DNA of 61,379 bases, counting the filler, from Globobulimina sp. (taxonomy: Eukaryota), in the NCBI GenBank assembly GCA_003354225.1. It is 14 parts of 14 records of this genome, joined end to end, with 100 filler letters (N's around TTAATTAATTAA, not from the genome) between each part and the next. Parts side by side here need not be neighbours in the genome. Positions count along the whole stretch, not along the records: positions 1 to 4,302 come from PIVH01001372.1; positions 4,403 to 8,703 come from PIVH01001373.1; positions 8,804 to 13,103 come from PIVH01001374.1; 11 more parts are not named here. One strand, given 5' to 3'. The notes below the pieces were generated by a model, which was given only the letters and a program-made list of their open reading frames with translations, was not told where the DNA came from and searched no databases. Shown here piece after piece: positions 1-12,728 of the stretch (its first letter is position 1; each line of letters opens with the position of its first letter). Made by a program: the position numbers and the translations under genes.

Positions 1-3000
1 TCGAATAAAAATGGTTCCTCCGCGGAGACACTGTATCCAGCATCAGAATAAAACGCCATATTGGCACTGAATTCCACCTCAAACAGCTCCGGATCACAGA
101 TTTCATCCTTCCATGACAACGTCGCCTCCAATAACACCTGGTCGTTACCATCGGGCGCAATGGTCAACAGATGCTCATTTAACCAGTCCTGACAATAGTT
201 TGTCGGCGCAGTGATATCCGTGGTTCTACATTCTGGCGTAAACTGCACCTGATACGTACCACTAAAATCAATATAATCCGCATCCTCGCTGCATTTCCCA
301 CTTGCTTGAATTCGCCATAGTTGCGAACAAATATTTAATTTATTACTCAAACAACCTCCTTTTGTGCCACCTAAATAATCCTTGGTTTCTGCTGCCTGTA
401 ACGCCGTAAAATCCGCTACAAACAAACAACACATTCAATACAGTATAAATTGTAAAATTAGCAACATAAATATGTATAAACTTTTACCTGTGTCTAAATT
501 ACCACCACTGGGCGTAAATGCACTTAAAGCCGAATCAAGACGAGATAGCATCAAATAATCTGCGGCTTCCGTCAAAACCACCAAATTAAAAATGCCCTCT
601 TCATCCTCTTTGTACACGGCAATGATGGACATAGTGAATAAATTAATGCCAGAATGACTTAATATGGTCACTGTCTTCGCGATGCTAATAATAAATGGAT
701 GGGATAAGATTTGATAAACGCGATAAAAGCCCATATCCGAACCGAACGCATACGGCGACACCACATTAATGTAAAAAGTACCCGACAATGTTAAAGAATC
801 CGCGCCATCCGTAGTCGCCACATAACTCCCTCTGCTTTTGTCATTATTCGAGCATTGCACCAAATCATTCCACGAAAAAGACGCCGAATAACGTACAACA
901 CCACAAACATCGCTGTCCGCCATGCTAACACTCCATTTCCCCGCCGGCGGATACGCCAAATAATCGCCAGGCTCACCGATCTGGCCAAACCCCGCTGGAT
1001 TCACTGAATATTCCCAGGTTTCTTCAAACGTGGCACTCGTAAATGCGTCACCTTGTCGATTCTCGCAGGTTCCCGGCAATGTAATATCGTCTTTGTGGGC
1101 GTCAAAGTCTTCGAAATCTAATACGTACGTTGTTCCATACACTGCGCCATTATCATCGGCAGAGGAAGCGCCCAAATATTTTAATTCAACCTCAACATCC
1201 AAGGTTAAAGCGAGTGGGTCCACAGAAATGTCATACCATTCAATAAAATCTTGTTCCGCGGGAACGCCCGCTGCCATCAAAGCATCCCAATCAAAGCTAT
1301 GCGGTTCGCTGCCTACACAGCCTGCCTCTGTGTACATGTGGTATTTTAAATAATTATATGTCCGCTAGTATGCGTAGTCTGCAAAAACAACATACCGGCA
1401 ATCACCTCACCAACGAAATAGTTGGTGGTGGAGGTACCATCTGCACTGCATTGGAAATTGGGAGTGTAGCTATTATAAAACCCAAAGGAATCTTCCGATG
1501 CCACTGAAGTGGCAAACGAACAGCCATCGCCACAGTCATTTACTGTGGGATCGGTATGAAATCCCATAGTTTCATCCGCCTTCATCCAATACTTTAATGA
1601 TACATCTTCGCACTGCGAGCCGTACACAGAAATTGCAGTCGTATAAAAACACTGAGATACAAACCCTGCAGTCGACAGAAAATCTGCATGGAAAGGCATT
1701 AATAAATAATCCGGAGTGGTGCCTTCGATTAAACCCATTGAGGGATTTGCATTGCAGGTGACAAATAAATACGGATCCGCGATATCGCCATAATAATCAT
1801 CTAACCGTTGCACGCCCCATTTATAGTCGTCGTAATTGACAATTGCTTCGTTTTTACAGTCATCATCGCCAAACGCACATTGGATGACATTGTCTAATTT
1901 AAAGGATTCAAACATGGCACCGATAAATATATTATTCTCGCCGGTGTACGTAAATACACAACGTTGCTCTGTACCACCTTCCATGGCAAACACGTCCGTG
2001 GTACCAACTAACGACTCACCAAAATAAGTGCTTCTTTTGTGATATATATCCGAACAGGAGGTGCCTGACAATATTTTAAATATATAATTTATTTGTTTAT
2101 TATTATGTATACAGTATAATGTATAATACCTAATGCATTGCAAATAAATGCAGGGATCGTAGTATAAGTACAAGGAGCGTCATTTAACATATCCTCAGGA
2201 GAGGTTGTTTGGGCTACATTCCAAATCGCTGCACAATCCTCATTGTTGGCATTATCAGGTTGGTTGGGCAACCAATAACCACCACATCCCAATGCATCTT
2301 CGGTATCACAGTCATAACCATCTGCGTAAACCCACGCTCCTTCGGCAGCTATGTCATTTAATCCAATCCAATAATGTCGCGGCTCTGCTGCATAAATATC
2401 GAATAATTGCTGTGCATGCTCCGCGTCATAAATGGTGGCCAATTCGGTTCCATACGTGTCTGCACAATACGCATTTGCATCGGCCCAGTTCTCAGTCAAT
2501 AATACTTTGATATAATCGCCAATTCTCTCTATTTATATATATATTTATTACGCGCATTTTCGCACACATAAATTATGTGTTTTATGTATATTATACCGGT
2601 AAGGCTTTCATATTGAAAATAAACATCGGCACAAGAACGACCGCTATTATCACCGGTAGAATATTGGCAACATCCTTCGCCAAATTGCAGACTGAATACT
2701 TGATTTGTGGTGACTTGGTAATGTGGATTAACTAAAGAGATGGCAGCATCGGTAGGCGCAGAACCCGCCAAAGTCCAATATTGTAAACGACAGCCACCGG
2801 TGTCTGGACACTCATGAACAGCCAAACCAGAAACACCCGTCGTGGCATCAGTCGGATAATATGTGATGGCGGGAGTACTTTCCTCAATCATCTCGATAAA
2901 AAAGAATGGGTTAGGAGCGTTCCAACCATTACCACAGCCAAAGTTTGTAGTGGCGAAATTTGTGTCACATGTTACGCCACCGGTTGTATATTGTAATCTG

Positions 3001-3158
3001 ATACCGCTTATTTCGCCATTTGCTGGGGGACTAAATGTGGTATCTGTTACCTTTTGTGTTGCGTCGAAACACGAATTACCAGCGAATACTTCTTGTGCGC
3101 CAAATGCTACTTTTACTAATAACGGTAATATTACAAATAAATCTAAAATACTCCTCAT
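1..3158 (-). CDS. Large secreted modular Cys-rich protein with a C-type lectin domain (3'-partial, 5 exons seen)
   Basis: ATG 3158 with signal peptide MRSILDLFVILPLLVKVAFG. Frame-restoring GT-AG introns at 2529-2596, 2065-2129, 1328-1395 and 416-487. Exon 2 is a CTLD (W..A..YC, LATI, WIGL, QPDN, EDC, NDAPC, FIC). Exon 3 starts with a fibrinogen/intelectin-like SCSDI motif. Exon 5 was translated by hand for ~40 codons without a stop. Confidence 0.85.
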
Positions 3159-3394
3159 TTTTGACGTATACGCCGAATGTCGCACCACTGTATAATGTTT
3201 TTTGTGGTTAGGGTTTAAGAGGATTTAGTGTGGTGGTTTATTTTTGTGTGCGTGTGAAAACAAAAGAGAGTATAAAAGAGGTTTTTCAAAGCTAAAGTTT
3301 TGCCCGTACTACGAAAATGTTTTCGGATTTGATATCAGTTTATGATGGATTTGCATGAATACAATGTCTCCATTGCACGGTTTAAAACATTTAG

Positions 3395-3817
3395 GATCAA
3401 AATCCCTGTTTGTCTGCGTCATAAATATTCGATCTTTAACAAATAAATCAGTCACCTCAAGGGTCTGTCCAGTTTGTTTAAACAAACCAGTCACCAAAAG
3501 GCTCTAAATCCTGATTAAATGCGTCATAAATACGCTGAAACAAACAAACTAGGATCTGAATCCAGGTTGGTATCAATACTGTGTCTCCACTCTCCATGCA
3601 CACCGTGGAAATAGTCTATAGTTTGTGATAGATTTGCATGACTGCGGTGTCTCCATCCACACAACTGAAATAAACAAACAACTTCTATGATCAAAATCCC
3701 TGTTTGTCTGCGTCATAAATATTCTTTAACAAATAAATCAGTCAGTCACCTCAAGGCTCTGTCCAGTTTGTTTAAACAAACCAGTCACCAAAAGGCTCCA
3801 AATCCTGATTAAATGCG
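3395..3817. repeat. ~129-bp direct repeat (3395-3523 and 3689-3817), each copy with a perfect 16-bp palindrome
   Basis: GATCAAAATCCCTGTTTGTCTGCGTCATAAATATTC...CCTGATTAAATGCG occurs twice with small indels. GTTTGTTTAAACAAAC lies at 3472-3487 and 3766-3781. Confidence 0.93.
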
Positions 3818-4302
3818 AAAAGTACATAACTTAATAATTAATTACATCACTAGTAAAGCTGCCAACGAGTCACAATTATTTAAATTTCCTAGTGACAGTG
3901 CCATTGTAAGCACTAGCAAATGTAAATGTTTAATGTGTAAAAAGCCAATTAATAAATATTCAGGAATATTCTGTTTCACTACAGGGGAATGTATATGTCG
4001 CAAACTCAGAAAAGAAATTGGTCAAATTATTCCAGATTTGGCCAAACATAATAATGGTTTAGATTTTCATTCTGCATTGTTTTAATTTTCATAATTGGAA
4101 TACCAAAGCAATTTGTGGCCCAGATGTTTTGTTATTAATATTAAGTTCACTCAAATTCAAATATCCTCAAAATATGTACCATACGGGAAGGAAAATAGGT
4201 TAATAATAAAATGTTAATGGTTCCCGATGAAACACAACCTTTAAGAATTCAATTTTGACTTTCAATGTTTTTATTTTGAATAATCTGTAAAAAACTGTAA
4301 AT

Positions 4303-4402
4303 NNNNNNNNNNNNNNNNNNNNNNNNNNNNNNNNNNNNNNNNNNNNTTAATTAATTAANNNNNNNNNNNNNNNNNNNNNNNNNNNNNNNNNNNNNNNNNN
4401 NN
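4303..4402. other. Artificial contig-joining spacer (first of 13)
   Basis: 44 N + TTAATTAATTAA (stops in all six frames) + 44 N. Identical spacers start at 4303, 8704, 13104, 17503, 21898, 26293, 30683, 35069, 39455, 43840, 48225, 52610 and 56995. Contig lengths never increase along the window (4302 down to 4285). Confidence 0.99.
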
Positions 4403-4793
4403 GGAACTTAATACCACGAAACTAATCGAATGTCTAAAAATTTATCGCTAATCGCACGAAACACTGATACGCTAATGAATCTAAAAATGTTCTTTCGAGA
4501 GACGCTGTCACGAAAGGATGCTCGGCTTTGATGTGAGGAGTACTAATATATATCCACAAAGGCGAGAAAGATCAGTGAATTGAGACACGGATTATGATCA
4601 CGTATTATGACTCGTGATACGTCTGATATCATCTCAATTCCTGAATACGCTAGTATTAACCAGTGAATACTAGCAAAATTAATGGAAATCCAAATATAAA
4701 TCCGGTCTGCGTTGCTTTTAATTTTTATTTTATAATTTCTATTTACATTAGAAACTGAATAAGAAAAACAAAACACGACACAACAATAATAAG

Positions 4794-7700
4794 TTAATGT
4801 ATATTGAATGAATATTCATATTTCGGAGGACCCTCTGTTACAAACCCGCCATTATTACATCCATAGGCAAAGGCAGCACAATATGCGGTATCTGGCTGTA
4901 TCAACATTGGAAAGCCGCATCTCTCAAAATTGAAAAAAAATTGCACTGAAAGTGTATTAAAATCTATTTCAACTTCAATGACTGAACCCTTTTTATTAAT
5001 GGTATCTTGTGAGATTTGTTGCTTATCCGCTTCCACATTGATCCCAGCGTTATAATGAAAAATTGCAGTGCTAAATTGCTGTCCCGCACCGCTCCCAGTT
5101 ACGTACATTTGATATGAGTCACCACACTCAAAATGATTAAATAAAAAGTCATGAGTTGCTATACTTACATCGGCATTGGAAATAACACCAATAGACACTG
5201 CGGAATATGCTGCGACAATATATTTAATTGAAAATTTATATTTCCCTCTCATTAATTGTTCAGATATTCTGATAAAAGCAAACTGATTCCCCGCAGCTCC
5301 TGCAGTTGTTAATATTTTTTCTTTCGGATCGATAATCGCCAAATTATTGCCGCGAATAATACAATATTGAAAATATAAATAAATTAATTTCATTAAGGAA
5401 AATGGGATAGGCACCGACAATGATAATAACTGCTCCATTTCCCGAATATATCCAAAGGTTAATTTACAGCCATCACTGTCTTCATTCTCCTCAAATGGTA
5501 ATGATACGACGTTTGCTGACAACGTTTCAATCTCTGCACAAAATTCATTTTCTAAATTTAACTCTTCCGCCAATCTGTTAACTACAAATTTATTCGACAC
5601 CGATGGGCCATCCTGTTTTCTCCAAACAGGCGAAAAATGGAATAATTTTTTATTTTTTCTGATGACGGATACATCTTTTTGCTCCACTTTGATATTGATT
5701 TTATCAAAAAAAGCTGTTGAATCCTTAATTTTGGCTCGAAATAATTCCAATACGGACAATAAATAATCGATTTTATTAAAATGTGAATCGTCGATTGCAC
5801 CGTAATAAATATTAAATTGTTTAAATAGTATAAAATCATATTTCGCAGCAAACTGAATATATATATTAATTCGAGTTGGATTTGCTTCAAACGGTATTAT
5901 AAAATGAACATCTTCGATCTTATTAAATTCATAAACGACGCAATCATCGCAACTAACCACTTGCTCTGCTGTTATTTTTTGGTTTTCATTCAATTTCTGA
6001 TTGTAACTCATTGCAAAGTTATAACCCAACACTTCGGTATCACTGATTTTATTATTCCCAGTCAAAAGAATCAATTTATTCTCACATAGTACCAAATCAT
6101 TATAAAACGCACTATCCGCTGGATTTGAATCCGTCAAAAATTGCACTGCTTCCTCGAGATCATTATTTTTCCTTTGCAGCGCATTAAAAGCGAGCTCTTC
6201 GTCATACCCAAAAGACACTAAACGTTGCAATTTCATTGATAAATTTAACTGTGCTTTTTCATCATCATCACTTTCAATAAAAACTTCATCACTTGTTTTT
6301 TCATCATATTTTCCTTCATATTTCTCAGTTGAAATTGTATTTTGATTTCCTGCCACATTTAACGAGTATTCATATTTAACGGGACCTTCCTTATCAAACG
6401 CATTATTGTTACAATCATAGGTAAAAGCTGCATAATATGCGACATTTGGTGGAATTGAGACTTGTCCGCACTTCTCAAAATTAAAAAAAAATGTAAGTTG
6501 ACCAGCAATAAAATCAACTTCCATTTCAATGGTCGCTCCGGTTTCATTCAATGATTTCTTTGCAACGGGCACAATTTGTTGATTTAATGCTTTCCCGTCT
6601 TTAATATGATAAATTGCATTGTCATAGCTATATATCTCACCATTTGACAAATACATTTGATAGGAATCGCCGCAACTTTTGTCGTCAAAGATACATTTAT
6701 TTGGTGCTGCTACATTTGCGTCGGGATTGCTTATAATGCCAATGGAAAATGAAGGTTGTGCGGCCACCACAGCTCTGACGGTCAACTTACATATTCCAGC
6801 ACGTAATGGTGTTGCCATTATAATATAGGCAAACTGTCCAAACTCCGCAACTCCGGCAGTTGTCAATACCTTTTCTTTTGCATTGACAATTCCCAAATCA
6901 TTGCCTCGTATAATACCACATTGAAAATAAAAATAAATCAGTTCAATTATTGAAAATGGAACATCGTTTCGTACTTTTTTAACATATCCCTTTGTCAATT
7001 TGCATTCTGCTTCGTTTTCGTCAAACGGCGATAACACATATTTTGATGATAACTGTTGGATTTCCGCTGATAGCTGAATAATATTTAATTGTTCCACCAG
7101 CCGGTTTATTACAAGTTGACTTGACACATTTTTACCATCTGCTTTTCGCCAAACTGGGGCGAAATGCAACAATTTGTTGCTATTTTTAATACGGAGTATA
7201 TCTTTTGAATCTAACTTAATATTAATTTTATTAAAAAAGTCTGTCGGAGTTTGTATTGTATATAGAAATCGATACGTTTCTAACAGGCACAACAAATAAT
7301 CGATTTTGTTGTTAGTGTTGCCTGAATGATGCGGATTGAGATTGAAGCGTTTAAACACAATAAAATCATAATCTTTATTGAATTGCACGTATATATTTAT
7401 TAAGGGCGCGTTGCAAAATGGAATTATAAAATGAACAGCGGCAAACTCTTCAAATTGATAAATATTAAAACCATTCGCTCTCGAAACTTGATCTGATTTT
7501 AATTCCTGCACTTCATCATATTTTGCATCGTAACTTAGTGCGAATGTATAATTTAAGACTTGTCTGTCATATTTCGCCTGGTTTTGAGTTAAATTTTTCA
7601 AAACAATCAAAGTATGGCTGTCATCAATGGCTAAATCATTATAAAATAAATTTTCATTCGCATGCGCATCGGTAAGATGTTGCACTGCGACGTCCAAATC

Positions 7701-8107
7701 ATTATTGGCTGTTTGTAATGCATTGGATGCCAATTCTTCATCAAATCCAAATGACATTAATCTTCGCAGAGCCTTTGGTGTTTTTGATGATCGATGTAAT
7801 ATATAATTAAATAAATTGTGCACTAAACTTGTTGTTGTTTTATCATTTCACTCTCTTGCTTTATCGCCATGTTTTCTTGTGCTTCTTTTTGCGCATAAAT
7901 GAGATTCACAATTTCATTCACATCATTTTTATTATTTGCGGCGCAGCGCGCTGTAATAATCTCGCTGTCATCAAAACCAAATATTCTTAATTGGTTCACA
8001 ATATCATCATTATCTGCATTTGTTTTCCCATGAATCCCATCTGTGTTTGCTTCCAATTCATCTTTATTTTCTTTTTCTTCATCTTTGTCAGGATTAACAT
8101 TTGCCAT
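4794..8107 (-). CDS. UBA-domain protein with an internal duplication [UBA - unknown domain - box motif - SPRY/B30.2-like] x2
   Basis: ATG 8107. A phase-0 intron at 7773-7828 joins ORFs 7823..8107 and 4794..7823. Three UBA motifs (LRIFGFD, LMSFGFDEELA, LVSFGYDEELA). The two halves are clearly homologous (NKIDYLL, HF.PVWRK.DG). SPRY-like motifs IGIIS and IEMEVDF..GQLTFFFN. Confidence 0.85.
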
Positions 8108-8144
8108 AATTGCGAGTCAGCTAAACTCAAAAACTTTAAATTGC

Positions 8145-8703
8145 ATGGATTCTAACCGTGATTTGTTGGTAACTGGGTTCATAAAAGAATTCCAAGCAGT
8201 AAATAATGATTCCATTCTTGTCCATACTGCCGTAATTCAATTAATAACTCTATATTTTCCTCCTGTGTACAAAATATATGGCATCGGTCCAACTAATGAT
8301 GAATATGCACATTCAGGCTTGATAGTATTTAAATCGTACAGATACTCTGAATACAGACTATTATCACAAGTCTGCGATAACATGAATGAAATTCATTTTT
8401 TTAAGCAGGATATTTTTATCATGAATACTTTGCATCAAATTTATAGAAAACACTCCAAAGCAAAATATGATAGAGATACAATGGAAGATACATTATCATT
8501 GATGCACTACGCAAATAATAATAATAAGCATGATTATATCACAGTAATTAGCCATGGTATGACAGCCAGGCATTCCATTATGGTGACAAACAATGGCAAA
8601 TTCTTTGCAATTGGTGACAATGACAAAGGCCAATTAGGAATCGGCAATACCATTAATATGGGACCATTGAAACAAGCAATACATAAACAACCATTACCTG
8701 TGT
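8145..8703 (+). CDS. RCC1-repeat protein (3'-partial)
   Basis: ATG 8145; RCC1 signature HSIMVTNNGKFFAIGDNDKGQLGIG. Truncated at the spacer. Confidence 0.8.
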
Positions 8704-8976
8704 NNNNNNNNNNNNNNNNNNNNNNNNNNNNNNNNNNNNNNNNNNNNTTAATTAATTAANNNNNNNNNNNNNNNNNNNNNNNNNNNNNNNNNNNNNNNNN
8801 NNNTATTTTATTGGCTTCAAAATTGAGGAATTTAATCTTGGATTTGCAACTCGATGGACATTATGTTAATTATTCATATATGGAAAACATTGAATTGTAT
8901 CTATCGCACAAATGACGCAACAACAAATTGTTATAATTGTTCTATGCACGAACGTTGACTCACTGTTGCTACCCGT

Positions 8977-9944
8977 TTAAAGTTTAGATTTCTCATTGAA
9001 ATCATTGCGTTGGTTTGTCATGCCATAATCTCTCATTTTAATAGCGTCCTTAAATCCGTATTTTTTTGCATAGTTTTGGAAGGCAATGCCTTCGGCTGTA
9101 TGCCTCGACGCACCATCCAATAAACTTGCCAAAGCTTGGATATTCTGAATGGAGCCACTTGTTGCTTGAGCAAAGGAATTAATTACCAACTTATTAAAAA
9201 ACAGTTGGTTCGAAGGTACTCCGCTCATCCGCAATGCCAGTTTTTTCGCTTCCACATCCAAAACATGTTTGTCCTCATAACAGTTCAATGCCAAACCAAT
9301 TTTTACCGACTCCTTGCCATCAATTAAATCGCCAGTAAATAATAACCTCTTTGCCTGCTGTATTCCCACTCGCAATGCCCAAAAAGCAGTGGTCGGCATT
9401 CCCCACACTCTTGCTGGCGGATATCCAATTTTCGCGTTCTCTGTCATTAGTAATATATCACAACATAAGGCAATGTCGCTGCCGCCTGCAATAGCACCGC
9501 CATGCACTGCAGCAATGGTTGGTTTCCGTGAATGGAATAACGACATAAAGCATGCAGTACAGCCGGATGGATAGCTATTATTGCCCATATATGTAAAATC
9601 CAGATGAGGGTCCCATGGTAATTCCTGTGAACATGGATGGCCGCGCTCACTTTCTGCAAAACGTTTTAAATCATATCCGCTGCAAAAAAACTTGCCTTCT
9701 CCGCAAACAATGATTACTTTGATGTCATTATCTGTGTTGGCAAGAATTACTGCTGCACTGTTATCAATGCTAATATATTTTGTATATTTATTTGGATATA
9801 TATATACCGTATTTCTTGTGGCATTCCGTCTGCAATGGCATTGAATCTTTGAGGTCTGTTGAGAATTATTCTTGCGATTCCATCTTTAGCGTTTGTTTCA
9901 TATTTGATGGATTTAAAGTCGTTTGGATTCATTAAATTTGCCAT
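8977..9944 (-). CDS. Enoyl-CoA hydratase/crotonase family protein with C-terminal PTS1 (SKL)
   Basis: ATG 9944, intron 9758-9807. The spliced product contains IILNRPQRFNA, GEGKFFCSGYDL, KPTIAAVHGGAIAGG, AKIGYPPARVWG and AKRLLFTGD, and ends EKSKL*. Confidence 0.93.
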
Positions 9945-9993
9945 CACGATCAAAGTCACAGTAAGCTCACTTCGAAAAAAAATCTTTAATTCA

Positions 9994-11224
9994 ATGCTGT
10001 TTCTGTTGACACTATCAGTATGCTTAATAATCACCGATGTGTCAATAGCTATTTCATGGACACAACAAGCATCACCTTTTCAAATGAGAGGGGAAGCAGT
10101 TGCCTATAATAACCAAACTCACTCTATATGGTTATTAGGAGGTGGTTATGATGAAAACCGAGTGCTGGAATATGACATTAATGCAAATGTTATCAACGAG
10201 TTGTCAAATATTGTTGCTCCATCAGTTGCTGTCCATTCACAAAGCTATACACAAATTGGATACCAACTATATGTGATCACGTGGCCGGATAGAATTTATA
10301 CCTTTGATCTTCGAACTAAAAATGTAACGCGCCGAACAGAGTTGACACCATCCGCAATAACTCCCTATCTTCCAAATGACTATGCATGTCTCACCAATAT
10401 TGATTCCAAATATTTAGTTGTAATGGGTGGCAGCACCATAAATGATCAAGATTATGAAGTGGATGATTTTTTTATTTTGTATGATTTAGACAATCAAATC
10501 TGGTCTCAGGGACCAAACATGACACAAAGAAGGACAGATTTTACCTGTGTGTATATTCAACGTAGTCACGATTTGTATGTGATTGGCGATTCTCAAATTG
10601 TAGAAAGAATAAACATTCCTAATGTCGCAAATGTCGATCAATATGAATGGATTGTGTTATCTGATACGCTCAGTCAAGCTCTCAGCGGGGTGCGATCGGT
10701 GGTGTTTGCTGATTATATTTATGTAATAGGTAAGTATATATATGTACGTATTTTATGTTTAGTTGTCAGCAAACGTTGTTTAGAAACTGTTTTCGTTTGT
10801 TATTGACATTATGTTTTCGATATCGAGTGTAAAAACAATGCATATGTATGATAACAACAAGGTGGTGATAATGGTACACATGTATTTGGAGGTGTTCATA
10901 TTATTGATACTGTGCAGCATACAATTACACAGGAATTGAATTTGATCACTGCTGTTCATGATTGTTCGCCTATCGTTGTACAATCCACATTGTTTGTGTT
11001 TGGTATGTTGTAATATGCAATGTATTATATCAGTAGTAATGTATTTGCTTTTTCATATATTTCAGGTGGTTGGTCTGAAGGTGGAAGTCCATCTGGTATT
11101 TTTTCATTGCAGTATGCCACGTTAACGTTGCCATCAACAGGTTTGTGTATACGCAAATTGTTGACATAATAAATAAGCAAAGAGGATATATAGAGCAACC
11201 TACTCAATCTCCAATAGCTCCACA
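9994..11224 (+). CDS. Secreted Kelch-repeat protein, 5' exons (probably continues into the membrane ORF at 11328-12728)
   Basis: Signal peptide from ATG 9994. Kelch motifs IWLLGG, LVVMGG, WSQGPNM..RR and IYVIG. Donor at 10730. Further small exons translate as GGDNG...LFVFG, GGWSEGG...LPST and a P/T-rich linker. Confidence 0.75.
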
Positions 11225-11327
11225 GGTAAATATATGTATTAATATCTAATGTTGTGCTAAAAACTAAAATAAAACTTAAAAAAAAAGACATTGGCTGAGA
11301 TCACCATAACGTTTAATAATACAACAT

Positions 11328-12728
11328 ATGTATTTTATATTTGTCCTAACGATGAACAGTTTTGTTGGGAATCTCATGATACAGAAAAAATATATTTTGA
11401 TAATTCTCATGATACAGATCTTGTTAATTAATGTGAAAACATATATTTATAATTCTAATAACACAAACGTAATGAATCCACCATGCAATCGAGTATCAAC
11501 ATGGTATTTACATAATGCTACAACAAATAACGTTATTCAGTTATATTTGAACTGCAGCACCAACGGATCTGATGACCCGAATGATGATCCGAATGATGAT
11601 ACAACTCCGGATCCACAAACTACCAAATTAGAATATACTGCTTATATTGTTATTGGGATTGTGTTGTTGTTGACTCTTTTAGTGACAGTAATAGCTTTTT
11701 TGTTTCATTGTAAAAAGAAAGGGTCTGATTATCCGAGTTATATTTCATTGTTGAAATTTTCAGTTGAAATCCTCGATATATACACTGATATTTCCTACAT
11801 TTGGTCTGTTTATTTGCATGGATACCCATCAATGTATTGGCGCATACCTCTATTATTAGTGGCTGTTCCTTATTGTATGTCGATTTGTATTGCATTATAT
11901 AAAATTAGTCGCTTTAAAAGACACAAAGAAACAGCAATTAGTGGCTATATGTACAGATTTGACAAAATATGGTTGACATTTACATTAATCATTGGTATTC
12001 ATGCAACGTTTCGACTATTTACATCACATTTATTTCATTTGACAATTACATCTTTGCAAATATCAAAATCAGAAAAACAAAATAATAAAACATTACGCAT
12101 AATTACTGTTGTTTTGATTGAAAACTTAGGAATGTTTATTATTCAAATTGCGTATTTAGTATATATTGGTTTTTTCAATGCAGCACAAAATAACGAATTT
12201 AATACATTACCATCCACCGTGAAAATTACTTTATTGTCGTTAGCATTCAGTTCCATCGCCATATTAAGTGGAATATTGACAATTTTATCAAGATTTATTC
12301 ATTTTTGCTGCACAAGAAAAAATTGTATGTGCTGCAATGTAGCTAATGCGTTTGAATATTTTTTTTTGGAAATTGAAGCAAAAGATATTAAATCACAGCA
12401 TGAACATTCACATTTTCTAATTGGATTAGCTGTTTCCAAAACCATCGGTGTTGATATATCAATCGTGGAAACATTGATAATTGTTCCAAAAGGAAAAGGT
12501 ATATCTTGTAAAATGTCAGTAAATGTATTAAATGATCATGATCGAGAATGTTTTGTGCAGCTATTTAAAAAGACAGATAGCAAGAAAACAAAAGCTTTGT
12601 TAAAAAGTGAAATTGAAAATGTATTAAAAATTCCAAAATTGAAAGCGTTAAATTTAAAGAAGATTACAAATAATACAAATATTGAAATGGTATTACAAGA
12701 AAAAACAGACAGAAAAGTAACAAAATGA
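11328..12728 (+). CDS. Multi-pass membrane protein region (likely the last exon of the Kelch gene; true exon start probably ~11550)
   Basis: D/P/T-rich stalk followed by about six hydrophobic helices (D.YTD motif) and a cytoplasmic tail. The first ~70 codons look intronic. Confidence 0.65.
   Translation: MYFIFVLTMNSFVGNLMIQKKYILIILMIQILLINVKTYIYNSNNTNVMNPPCNRVSTWYLHNATTNNVIQLYLNCSTNGSDDPNDDPNDDTTPDPQTTKLEYTAYIVIGIVLLLTLLVTVIAFLFHCKKKGSDYPSYISLLKFSVEILDIYTDISYIWSVYLHGYPSMYWRIPLLLVAVPYCMSICIALYKISRFKRHKETAISGYMYRFDKIWLTFTLIIGIHATFRLFTSHLFHLTITSLQISKSEKQNNKTLRIITVVLIENLGMFIIQIAYLVYIGFFNAAQNNEFNTLPSTVKITLLSLAFSSIAILSGILTILSRFIHFCCTRKNCMCCNVANAFEYFFLEIEAKDIKSQHEHSHFLIGLAVSKTIGVDISIVETLIIVPKGKGISCKMSVNVLNDHDRECFVQLFKKTDSKKTKALLKSEIENVLKIPKLKALNLKKITNNTNIEMVLQEKTDRKVTK

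Noticed and set aside
4347-4358. TTAATTAATTAA palindrome recurring every ~4.4 kb
   Set aside because: Artificial linker within N padding, not a biological repeat; ORF tails of X...LIN or X...N are artefacts.
4403-4545. CACGAAA x3 and TCTAAAAAT x2 as a structured RNA or hammerhead
   Set aside because: No CUGANGA-type core or convincing stems found.
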